Below are positions 1 to 11,130 of a stretch of 64,000 nucleotides of DNA, piece after piece. Made by a program: the position numbers and the translations under genes. Source of the stretch: Mobula birostris (Eukaryota); assembly GCF_030028105.1 (NCBI RefSeq), contig NC_092383.1, forward strand, positions 96,867,604-96,931,603. Direction: 5' to 3'. The notes beneath the pieces were generated by a model. It ran no database searches and was not told where the DNA came from. It saw nothing but the letters and a program-made list of their open reading frames with translations. Numbering within the stretch: position 1 is the first letter of the stretch; each line of letters begins with the position of its first letter.

Positions 1-407
1 GGGGAGGGATGGAGCCAAGAGCTGGACAGGTGATTGGCAAAGGGGGTATGAGAGGATCATGGAACAGGAGGCCTAGGGAGAAAGAAAGGGGGAGAGGTGA
101 AGCCCAGAGGATGGACAAGGGGTATAGTGAGAGGGATAGAGGGAGAAAAAGGAGAGAGAGAAAAAGAATATGTATATATATATATAATAAATAATGGACG
201 GGGTACGAGGGGGAGGAGGGGCATTAACGGAAGTTTGAGAAATCAATGCTCATGCCATCAGGTTGGAGGCTACCCAGACGGAATATAAGGTGTTGTTCCT
301 CCAACCTGAGTGTGGCTTCATCTTGACAGTACAGGAGGCCGTGGATAGACGTATCAGAATGGGAATGGGATGTGCAATTAAAATGTGTGGCCACTGGGAG
401 ATCCTGC
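1..407 (-). mobile_element. Penelope-like element 3' fragment (GIY-YIG C-terminus and 3' tail), running off the window start
   Basis: DLPVATHFN...LEEQHLIFRLGSLQPDGM is nearly identical to 26225-26640 and matches the PLE endonuclease C-terminus. Confidence 0.8.
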
Positions 408-523
408 CACAGGATACTGTCCAGGGGTTCTGTCCTCAGCCCATCCATGGGGGGTCTGGCATGGTGCATCACTGCAGCATACTCAGTGGGATTAGTCTCC
501 GCAACGACCTCCGGACCAGCAAA
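224..523 (-). CDS. Gene A terminal exon, ITSM TEYAAV plus Penelope-derived C-terminus
   Basis: Acceptor ttcttttgtag, phase 0. FAGPEVVAETNPTEYAAVMHHARPPMDGLRTEPLDSILW continues in frame into QDLPVATHFN...DFSNFR*. Confidence 0.72.
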   Translation of the reverse strand, partial: FAGPEVVAETNPTEYAAVMHHARPPMDGLRTEPLDSILWQDLPVATHFNCTSHSHSDTSIHGLLYCQDEATLRLEEQHLIFRLGSLQPDGMSIDFSNFR

Positions 524-594
524 CTACAAAAGAAACAGAACCTGTCAGCTCTGGCCGATTTAAGGGAAACAGGGACAGGACACACTGTGTCAGG

Positions 595-915
595 AATTCT
601 TGGAGACTGGGAAACATAGCCAGGGAAATAGAGTCCAGGACCCATTCAGGGAGATAGAGACCAGAACACAGAGACAGGACCTGGAGACAGCACACAGAAA
701 CAAGGAGATACAGACTGGGAGCCGTAGACAGGACATCGAGATAGGAAGATACAGACCAGGACCCTGGGACAGGGAGATACAGATGAGGACACAGAGGCAT
801 GGAGATTTAGACAAGGACACGGAAGCAAGGAGATACAGACCAGGACCGGGAGACAAGACACAGAGACAGGGAGATATAGATCAGGACCTAGTGACAGGAC
901 ATGGAGACTGGATAC
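595..915. repeat. Degenerate GA-rich minisatellite (gagatacagaccaggac-like)
   Basis: Recurring ~17-38 nt motifs; expanded in the paralog at 42735-43200. Confidence 0.7.
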
Positions 916-1219
916 AGAGATAAGGACTCTGGAGAGGGGAGACATTGAGACTGGGCACATCGACACGTGACACATGGACACAAAAGACCTGGACATGCAA
1001 AGCGACACACAATGATGGAAACTCAGATCACACAGTCAGCACCAATCAACTGACAAACAATCATACTGACCCAGCATCAACACGGTCTCACTCTCAGTGC
1101 ATTCGGAATGAACTCACTAACTGCCCATCGACACAAATATTAAATCCGCGACTAATCATCGGAAATGTACACACTGGGTGGACCGGGTGTGTGGCGGCAG
1201 AGTACCTCAGTCACTGGAT

Positions 1220-1530
1220 GTGTGTGATGGACAGTGTACCCTAGTGACTGTGTGTGTGAGGGACAGTGTTCCCCAGTGACTGTGTGTGGGGTGACAGTGT
1301 ACCCCAGTAACCGGATGTGTGAGGGACAGTGAACCCCAGTGACTGTGTGTGGGGTGACAGTGTACCCCAGTAACCGGGTGTGTGAGGGACAGTGAACCCC
1401 AGTGACTGGGTGTGGGGTGTCAGTGTGCCCCAGTAACCGGGTGTGTGAGGGACAGTGAACCCCAGTGACTGTGTGTGGGGTGACAGTGTACCCCAGTAAC
1501 CGGATGTGTGGGGACAGTGCACTCAGTGAC
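1220..1530. repeat. 63-bp minisatellite made of two ~31-bp subunits
   Basis: ggacagtg recurs at 1261, 1324, 1387 and 1450; the related array at 48515-48760 has a different organisation. Confidence 0.85.
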
Positions 1531-1791
1531 TGTGCGGTGTGTACAATCCAGGCCTGGAGATCACTGAGGCAAAGTTTCAATTGACTCCTCAGTGGTATGT
1601 GGGATCTTGCTGTGCCCCCGTGTGTGCGCTGCTGAGTTCCGCAGTGGTGGTTGGAATGATCTCCGGTGACGGGGACCTGTGGTTGATCCTGGGATTGTGC
1701 AGATTACATGTAGGCCTTATGTTCAGTCTGCCCCAAGGAGGGAGAGTGACCCGGAGTGACCTCTTTCCAGGGGTAACGTGTCTGTCATTAC

Positions 1792-1880
1792 CCTGTCATT
1801 CCCCTTGGGGGGCTGCCAGACACTGTGATTCTTCTGCATTCTCTGAAGATTTGTGTAAATGATGCCTGTCTCCGCTTGGT
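1792..1880 (-). CDS. Gene A exon 5, cytoplasmic, ITIM IIYTNL
   Basis: Acceptor ttctgtcccacag, 89 nt, phase 1-0, donor AGG|GTAATG; translation (D)QAETGIIYTNLQRMQKNHSVWQPPKGNDR. Confidence 0.8.
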
Positions 1881-2038
1881 CTGTGGGACAGAAAGGAGAG
1901 GTGACAGGATCTGTACTGAAACCATTCCCCACTTTATCTGAGCCCTCTCTCCCACCCCTGTTGTCACCTCCCTGCCCAGCCCCTCTCCCTCCCTCCCCCA
2001 AATACCAGACTCAACGACAGGGTGTCAGATCCACTTGC

Positions 2039-2173
2039 CTTCAGTCCCTGAAGTTACTTCCCTTCCCTCAGGTCTTCTCCTCCGTGTGACCGTGAGGATC
2101 ACTGTGAGAGCAAAGATCAGGAGGGTCCCCATCTTGAACAATCTGATCACCAGGATCACTGCATCTGGCACTG
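2039..2173 (-). CDS. Gene A exon 4, transmembrane segment
   Basis: 135 nt, phase 1-1, CAGCAG acceptor. VILVIRLFKMGTLLIFALTVILTVT followed by an RRRR stop-transfer; donor GAAG|GCAAGT (GC type). Confidence 0.85.
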
Positions 2174-2329
2174 CTGTAACAGAGAGTAGAAGAGGTTTCC
2201 TAATGAATTCAGTCCTCATGCTCCCAGTGACACAGGATTGATGAATTCACTCCATCCCTCCTCAGTCGGAGAAAACTCCCTGTCACCTCAACACGGTCCC
2301 TCAGTACCCTACAATCACCATCACATAAC

Positions 2330-2830
2330 TCCCCTCCAAACCCCACCTCTCCACCCCGCTCCCCTCCCTTCCAGCATCCCTCAGTCCCTCCAATATCCCT
2401 CAGTCCCCTGAGTCTTCATTCTCTCCGATCACTATCACCTCACTGTCCTCCACCCCACCCCTCCCCTCCAATACCCTTCAATCCCTCCATCCCTATTCCC
2501 TCCAATCACCATCAAATCACTCACCTCCAAACCCATCACCTCCCCTCTGATACCCATCAGTCAGCTCATCCCCCATTCCCTCTAATCAACATCGCATAAC
2601 TGACCTGTACCCCACCCCTTCAATACACCTCAGTCCCCTCATCCTCATTCCCTCTAATTAACATAGCATCACTGACCTGCACCCCTTCCCTCCAATACCC
2701 CTCAGTCCCCTCATCCCCCATTCCCTCTAATTAACATAGCATCACTGACCTGCACCCCTCCCCTCCAATACCCCTCAGTCCCCTCATCCCCTATTTCCTC
2801 CAGTCACTATCAGATCACTGCCCTCCAACC
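2330..2830. repeat. C-rich degenerate tandem repeat in the TM-C2 intron
   Basis: Repeated cctcagtcccctcatcccc / ctctaattaacatagcatcactgacctgcacccc units; shorter in the paralog at 49600-49790. Confidence 0.65.
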
Positions 2831-2959
2831 ACTCCTACTCTATGGTGCTCCCAGTGGGACACAAAAGAACAATACTGTTGACGGACACATTTGGAAATGT
2901 TTGTGACAGGAATTAAGGAAATGGTGGAGGAATCAAAACTGTGATTGCCCATCTTCTCA

Positions 2960-3600
2960 AACATAGAAACATAGAAAACCTACAGCACAATACAGGCCCT
3001 TCGGCCCACAAAGTTGTGCCGAACATGCCCTTACCTTAGAAATTACCTTGGGTACCATAGTCCGCTATTTTTCTGAACTCCAATGTACCCGTCCAGGAGT
3101 CTCTTAAAAGACCCTATCGTATACGCTTCCACCACCATCGCTGGCAGCTCGTTCCACGCACTCACCACTCTCTGCGTAAAAAACTTCCTCCTGACATCTC
3201 CTCTGTACCTACTTCCAGACAGCTTAAAACTGTGTCCTCTTGTGTTAGCCATTTCAGCCCTGGGAAAAAGCCTCTGACTATCCACATGATCAATGCCCCT
3301 CATCATCTTGTACACCTCTATCAGGTCATCTCTTATCCTCCGTCACTCCAAGGAGAAAAGGCCGAGTTCACTCAACCTATTCTCATAAGACATGCTCCCC
3401 AATCCAGGCAACATCCTTGTAAATCTCCTCTGCACCCTTTCTATGGTTTCCACATCCTTCCTGTAGTGAGGTGACCAGAACTGAGCACAGTACTCCAAGT
3501 GGGGTCTGACCAGGGTCCTCTATAGCTGTAACATTACCTCTCGGCTCTTGAACTCAATCCCATGGTTGAAGAAGGCTAATGTACCATATGCCTTCTCAAC
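2960..3600 (-). mobile_element. CR1 LINE 3' fragment
   Basis: YKMMRGIDHVDSQRLFPRAEMANTRGHSFKL C-terminal motif and an aacatagaaacatagaa terminal repeat. Confidence 0.85.
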
Positions 3601-3869
3601 AACTCCAGTCTGTATGTATTCTGTCTGACAGGATACTGTAGAGAACCATTTACTTTATCGGCAACCATCATTTTTTGTATTTTATACTCAGGCCTCTGCT
3701 CATATTTGTCAGCACAGCCTGGGTGAGGAACTGCAGTACATTTTGCAGAAGGTCCACACTGAATCAACTGTGCACTGTTGCTGGAGGGAGGGAGTGATTC
3801 GATTGGAGAGAAGGATTATTTCGGATGGCTGAGGCATCGAGTGGTCAGGGAGGTGGAGGCTGAGCTCGA

Positions 3870-4484
3870 GGAGAGGGGTTACTGAGGGCCAATGTGAGGG
3901 AGCTGGATTAAAATCAGTGGTGATACACTTAGTTAGATCCCACTTGGAGTACTGTGCTCGGTTCTGGTCGCCTCACTCACTCCAGGAAGGATGTGGAAGC
4001 CATAGAAAGGGTGCAGAGGAGATTTACAAGGATGTTGCCTGGATTGGGGAGCATGTCTTATGAGAATAGGTTGAGTGAACTCGGCCTTTACTCCTTGGAG
4101 CGACGGAGGATGAGAGGTGACCTGATAGAGGTGTATAAGATGATGAGGGGCATTGATCGTGTGGATAGTCAGAGGCTTTTTCGAAGGACTGAAATGGCTT
4201 ACACAAAGGGGCATCGTTTAAGGTGCTTGGAAGTAGGTACAAGGGGGGTGTTAGAGGTAAGTGTTCAGACAGAAAGTGGTGGGTGCATGGAACTGCCAGC
4301 AATGGTGGTAGAGGTGAATACAGTAGGGTCTTTTCAGAAATTGTTCAATAGGTGCTTGGAGCTTAGAAAAATCGAGGGCTATGCTGTAGGGAATTTCGAG
4401 GCAGTTTCTAGAGTAGGTACATGGTCAGCACAACATTGTGAGTCAAAAGGTCTGTAATCTGCTGTAAATTTTTTATGTTTTTAT
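3870..4484 (+). mobile_element. CR1 LINE 3' fragment
   Basis: IERVQRRFTRMLPGL...RGDLIEVYK motif and a ttttatg tail. Confidence 0.85.
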
Positions 4485-4565
4485 GAAGCTCCTCTACGCT
4501 GTCCTGTCTCACACTCCTGGGACAGGGGATCTAACTAAATTGCAACTTCTTCCTCTGACACTCAC

Positions 4566-4847
4566 GACATGTGTCCAGATTACAGACGTCCCCCAGCCAG
4601 ACCTGTGCGGTGTCCTCACTGATAGGGTTTCTGGCCTCACACCTGTACACAACATCCTCCATCTCTGCTGTGCAATCAACCCGTATCGTCTTTCCGTCTT
4701 TCCAGATGTGATGGCTGCTGTTGTCTCCTGTAACTTCTCTCCACCAACTAAAGTTGGTGGGGTTGCCAGAGGTCACGGAGCAGGTCAGGGTGACGATACA
4801 GATTCCAGTGATGTTCTGAGGCGTGATGTTTACTCCTGACACGGGCT
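4566..4847 (-). CDS. Gene A exon 3, IgC2 domain
   Basis: 282 nt, phase 1-1. (E)PVSGVNITPQNITGICIVTLTCSVTSGNPTNFSW...YRCEARNPISEDTAQVWLGDVC has four Cys, and the VYEPVS junction and NP-I/V-S motif typical of SLAM C2 domains. Confidence 0.93.
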
Positions 4848-4882
4848 CTGAGGGTGTGAGAAAGAGATGAAAGATGAGTAAA

Positions 4883-7800
4883 TATCCAGCGGGCAACGTC
4901 GGAGTGGGTTGAGAAGTGAGAGGGTGCAGCATGAAAGGGCTTTGGCTCAACGGGCTTTGATGGAGACGGGAAGAGGCTTCCTGCAACCGTTGAGTCTCAT
5001 AGTAACGGAATAAGTTACAGTCTTCTGGTATTTGGTACGAACAGTAGCATTAGAGGTATGCATCTAGGATTAGTGTTGTGCTTGGAGTGCCAGATGTGGG
5101 GACCCTGGGAGACCCCCAGCCTCCCCAAGGATTACATCTGCACCAGGTGCACTGAGATGAGGCTTCTGAAGGACCGTGTTAAGGTGCTGGAGATGGAAAT
5201 AGATGACCTTCGGCTAATTAGGGAAAGTGAGGAGGTGATAGATACTACCTATAGAGAGGTAGTGGATAGCACCCCATGACAGTCCCCCTCAGAAATCAAT
5301 ATATCGTTTTGGATTCTGTTGAAGAGGCAGACCTGACAAAGGAGGACCACAGTGAACGAGACTCTAGCATTCCACCCAGTGCCAAAATCAAGAGAGCAAG
5401 AAGAAATGCGGTAGTTGTAGGGGACTCCATCGTAAGGGGGACGGACAAGAGATTCTGCGAGCCGGACAAGGATACCCGGATGGTGTGTTGCCTCCCTGGT
5501 ACCAAGGTACGGGATGTCTCAGATCGAGTCCAGAGTATTCTGAGGAGAGAGGGCGAGCAGCCGGAAGTCTTGGTACATGTTGGTACCAATGACAGAGACA
5601 GAAAAAGAGAGGAGGTCCTAAAGAAAGATTACTGGGAGCTAGGAAGAAAATTGAAAAGCCGGACCTCCAGAGTAATAATATCAGGATTGCTACCTGAGCT
5701 GCACGCTACTGATGATAAGAATAGCAAAATTAAGCGGATGAATGTGTGGCTAAGTAACTGGTGCAGGGGGCAGGGTTTCAAATTCTTGAATCATTGAGAT
5801 CTATTTTGGGGAAGGTATGACTTGTACAAAAAAGATGGATTACACCTGAACTCAAAAGGTACTAATATCCTGGCAGGATTGTTTATTATAGCTATTAGGG
5901 AGGGTTTAAACTAAGTTGGCAAGGGGAAGGAAACCAAGGTGTTAGGGTCGAGGAAGAGGAAAATAGAAATAAGTCAAAAATACTGTTCAGCAAAGATGGT
6001 AAGAAGGACAGGCTGGTGAATATACAGGGTAATTTGCTGCAAAATAGAAATATAGCAAAATCGACAACAGATACTGATCTAAATGTACTGTACTTAAATG
6101 CACGCAGCATTAGAAATAAAGTGGATGACCTTGCTGCACGGCTGCAGGTTAAAAGATATGACATTGTGGCCATCACCGAGTCATGGCTAAATGACAGATG
6201 TGATTAGGAGCTGAATATCCAAGGATACACAGTGCATAGGAAAGATAGGAAGGTGGTAAAGGGGGTGGCGTGGCCCTGATGGTAAGTAACGATATCAAAT
6301 CAATAGAAAGAAGGACATAGGATCAGAAGAGGTAGAATCCTTATCGGTAGAATTAAGAAATGGCAAGGGTAAAAAGACACTAATAGCAGTTATATACAGG
6401 CCTCCAAACAGCAGTCGGGATGTGGACTACAAGTTGCAGCTGGAAATAGAAAAAGCGTGTCAGAAGGAAAATGTCAAGACAATTATGGGGGATTTTAATA
6501 TGAAAGTGGATTGGGAAAGTCGGAAAAGTAATGGATCTCAGGAGAGGGAGTTTGTAGAATGCCTACAGGATGGCTTTTTGGAGCAGCTTGTCCAGAAGCC
6601 CACCAGGGAACTGGCTGTTTTGGATTGGGTGCTGTGTAACGAACCTCAGGCGATTAGGGAGCTGAAGGTAAAGGAACCCCTTGGAAGTAGTGATCATAAT
6701 ATGATTGAGTTCAGTTCCAAATTTGAAAAGGAGAAGCTGGTATCAGGTGTATCGATATTTCAGTGGAACAGGGGAAATTACAGTGGTATGAGAGAGGAAC
6801 TGGCCCAAGTCAATTGGAAAAGTAAACTAAATGGAGGGACGGCAGAGCAGAATTGGATGAAATTCCTACAAGAAATAAGGAAAATGCAGGAAAAATATAT
6901 TTCAAGAAAAAAGAAAATCATGAATGGAAAAATGGCACAAATGTGGCTAATGAGAGAGGTTAAGGCAAAAATAAAAGCAAAAGAAACGGCGTACAAGGAA
7001 GCAAAAATTAGTGGGAAAAATGAAGACTGGAAGACCTTTAAAAACTTACAGAAAGAAACTAAGAAAGTCATTAGGAAAGAAAAGATGAATTATGAAAGGA
7101 AGTTGGTGATTAACATAAAAAAGGATACTAGGAGTTTTTTTAAATATATGAAGAGTAAAAGAGTGACAAGGGTAGATATGGGACCGATTGAAAATGATGC
7201 TGGAGTAATTATAATGGATAACAAAGAGATGGCAGAGGAACTGAATGAATATTTTGCATCAGTCTTCACAGTGGAAGACATGAGCAATATACCTGATAGC
7301 CAGAGGTATCAGGGAATAGAATTAGGTACAGTCAAGATAACTAGATAGAAAGTGCTTGGGAAGCTAAGTGGACTAAGAATAGATAAGTCTCCTGGCCCGG
7401 ATGAGGTGCACCCAAAGGTTCTGAAGGAGGTGGCTTTGGAGATTGTGGAAGCATTGGAAATGATCTTCCAGGAATCAATAGACTCTGGCATGGTTCCAGA
7501 GGACTGGAAGGTCGCAAATGTAGTTCCACTATTTAAGAAAGGAAGGAGGCAGCAAAAAGACCTATTACAGACCTATTAGTCTGACATCGGTGGTTGGAAA
7601 GATATTGGGGTCAATCCTCAAGGACGAGGTTATGAAATACCTCGAGGTGCATGACAAGATAGGCCGAAGCCAGCATGGTTTCATGAAGGGAAGATCCTGC
7701 CTTACCAACTTATTGGAATTTTTTGAGGTAATCTCGAATAAGATTGACAAGGGAGAGGCTGTGGATGTTGTGTATTTGGATTTTCAAAAGGCCTTCGATA

Positions 7801-8969
7801 AGGTGCCGCATATGAGGCTGCTTAACAAAATGAGAGCCCATGGAATTATAGGAAAGAATTGAAATGGATGGAGCATTGGCTGATAGGCAGAAAGCAAAGG
7901 GTGGGAATAAAGGGATCCTATTCTGATTGGTTGCCGGTTACTAGTGGTGTTCCGCAGGGGTCGGTGTTGGGGCCGCTTCTTTTTACGATGTATATCGATG
8001 ATTTGGATTATGGATTAAATGGTTTTGTGGCCAAGTTTGCGGATGACACCAAGATAGGTGGAGAAGCAGGAAATGTTGAAGAAACGGAAAGGTTGCAGAG
8101 AGACTTAGTCAGTTTAGGAGAGTGGGCAAAGAAATGGCAGATGGGATACAACGTTGACAAATGTACAGTTGTAATTTCGGAAGAAGAAATAATCGGGCAG
8201 ATTATTATTTAGATGGGGAGAAAATTCAAAAATTGGAAGTGCAAAGGGACTTGGGGGTCCTCGTGCAGGATACCCTAAAAGGTTAACCCCCAAGTGGGAT
8301 TGGCGGTAAGGAAAACGAATGCTATGTTGGCGTTCGTTTCAAGAGGAATAGTGTCTAAGAGTAAGGAGGTGTTGATGAGGCTCTATGGGGCATTAGTGAG
8401 ACCTCATTTGGAATACTGTGTGCAGTTTTGGGCCCCCTATCTTAGAAAGGATACATTGATGTTGTAGAGAGATCAGAGAAGATTTACGAGGATGATTCCT
8501 GGAATGCAGGGGCTAACATATGAGGAGCATCTGTCGGCTCTTGGATTGTATTCATTAGAGTATAGAAGAATGAGAGGGGATCTCATAGAAACGTTTCGAA
8601 TGTTGAAAGGGTTGGACAGAGTAGATGTGGAAAGGTTGTTTCCCTTGGTGGGTGAGTCCAGGACAAGAGGCCATAGTCTTAGAATTAGAGGGTACCCAGT
8701 TAAAACAGAGATGAGGAGAAATTTTTTTAGCCAGATGGTCGTGGATTTGTGGAATTCATTGCCACATATGGCTGTGGAGGCCCGATCATTGAGGGTGTTT
8801 AAGGAGGAAATTGACAGGTATCTAATTAGTCAGGGTATCAAGGGATATGGGGAAAAAACCGGAAAATGGAACTAGATGGGTGAATAGTTTAGCTCATGGG
8901 GGAGCTGCGGAGCAGACTCGATGGGCCGAATGGCTTACTTCTGCTCCTTTGTCTTGTGATCTTGTGATC
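4883..8969 (+). mobile_element. Essentially full-length, inactivated CR1 (ORF1 zinc finger/coiled coil/SGNH esterase; ORF2 EN-RT)
   Basis: ORF1 CxxC...CxxC, GDSIVRG and VHVGTND; EN YLNARSIRNK; RT LDFQKAFDKVPH, PQGSVLGP, FADDTK; several stops and frameshifts; (tcttgtga) tail; TAAA on both sides; the empty site is visible in gene B at ~52290. Confidence 0.95.
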
Positions 8970-9544
8970 TAAAGGAGATTCTTGTGGACACCTCGATCCC
9001 CATCTCCCCCATCCCATCCCCAACAGTCCAGAGTAAACTTCAAGCAACGCCCACCTCATTTTTACCCAACGATCCCTCACCCTTCTGTTCATCACTTGTT
9101 GCTGGTGGAAGTTTCCACGTGCTGAGCCCCCTTTCCCAAGCACAATCCACAAACACAATCGACAAACTCTCCATCATGTCCTGTTTATAGCACTCTATTC
9201 CAGGAATTCTCTCCATTTCCATGTCTTTTGTTCCTCCTGTGTGTGGCCCCGGCATCCCTTCGAAACCTGAGTGAGCCCCAGCCCTGACCTGCCCTAATCT
9301 GGTCCAAAACAAGACACAGCCCACTCTATTCTGTCAGTCTCTCAATCTCCACTCTGCCTGCCCAGATTATGATGACGTCTTGAGATCCTGAAACCTGAGC
9401 CATTTCTTACGTCTCTGTTCTCACACCCTCTCCCACCGAAAGCAAGGAGAAGATTCCTCTGACCCGATCCTTCTACCCCACTGGTCTCCACCTTCAGTGC
9501 ATCAACATCTATGCTTCCTGGCCCTTTCAATGAGACTCCATTGA

Positions 9545-10230
9545 ATCATAGAGTATTGCAGTGCCAAAACAAACCCTTCAGTCCATCTAGTCCATACCTA
9601 GTCCCATTGATACTTATCTGGACATCGCCTTCCACATTCCTCCCAATATTTATCCAAATTTCTGTTAGACATTGAAATCGAACCTGGTTCCAACACTTCC
9701 ACCTGCACCTTGTTCCACCCTCTGAGTGAAGAAATTCCTCCACCTTCCCCTATAACTCTGGTCCTCGAGTCCTGATACTCTGCACTCTTTCAATCTTATT
9801 GATACCTTTCCTGTACGTAGGTGACCAGAATTGCACAAATACTGCAAATTAGGCCTCTCCAAGGTCTTGTACAATTTCAACATAACATCCCAACTCCTGT
9901 ACTCAATAATTTGATTTATGAAGGCCAATGTGCCAAAAGCTTTTTTTAATGACCCTATCGACCTGAGACACTACTTTCAAGAAATTATGTTTCTGCATTC
10001 CCAGATCTCTCTATTCTACCGCACTCTTCAGTGCCCGACTGCTCATCATGTACGTTCCACGCTGGTTTACTTCCCAAGGGTCAAGGCTTCGTACTCGTCT
10101 GCATGAAATTCAACCTGACAATTTTTGGCTCATTATTCCTGCTGGTCCCAATCCTGCTACAGGCTTTGATAGTCTTCTTAACTGTCCACTATACCCACAA
10201 CTACTGTCATCCGCAAATTTGATGATCCAC
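9545..10230 (-). mobile_element. Deleted, old CR1 fragment shared by both paralogs (also 52865-53420)
   Basis: IEYRSWDVMLKLYKTL...RPNL motif. Confidence 0.7.
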
Positions 10231-10784
10231 TTACATTCCACTCCCTTCCCTCTTTCTTACATATTTTGACCAGTTTCTCCCTGAGTAACACCTCGCTCTG
10301 CTCTTCTGCCAAACCCACAACTCCCACCACTCCATGTCCCACTCCACTTTCTGGACATCCAGAGGAGGGGGGCTTCATATGAACTTTCACAGTTTCCCTT
10401 CCCTCCATGCAGGGAACCAAAAGCTGAAACAGAGATTGACGAGCACTCCCAATGCAGTGAACTGCACTCAGTGTCCACACGGTGGCCTCCTCTCCACTGA
10501 GAAACCAGGCACAGTGTCACTGACCACCTTGAGGGACATCTCAGTTCAGGCACAATTGTAACTCAGAAGTTCTAGTTGCTGTCACTTTGATTCTCCATCC
10601 TGCTCCCACTCTGACACACTGATTCTGACTTCTGACACTATTCCAGTGAGACCAATGTATAGACAAGGGCCCATCTCCAGCTGGATGAGATGCAGAACTT
10701 GTGGCTCTCCCTCCTTTATAGAGCTGATGTTCAGAACAGGTTCATTGTATGAAAAGTTTTGTTGACTACTGTCTGATTCAGAGA

Positions 10785-11130
10785 GTCATAGAGTCCCAGA
10801 ATACTACAGAACAGGAACAGGCCCTTCAGCCCATCTAGTCCATGCCGATTTCTTAATCCACCTTGTCACATCAACCTGCACCCAAAACGTAGCCCCCATA
10901 ACCATTCCATTCATGTACCTCTGCAAATTTCTTTTAAATTTTGAAATCAAACTCACATACATCACTTCTGCTGGAAGATCATACAACATGCTCAGCACGT
11001 GTCATGAAGGATGTCCTCTTAAACATTTTGCCTTTCACCCTTAACGCATGACCTCTAATTCCACTCTGACCCAATTTCAGTGGAAAAATCCTGCTTGCAT
11101 TTATACGATCTGTATCCCTCATAATTTTGT
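10785..11130 (-). mobile_element. CR1 3' fragment
   Basis: 3' UTR gaacaggcccttcagcccat and a catagag tail repeat. Confidence 0.6.

Noticed and set aside
1152-1580. 142-aa repetitive ORF (HTVTGVHCPS...)
   Set aside because: An artefact of a 63-bp minisatellite; no splice or homology support.
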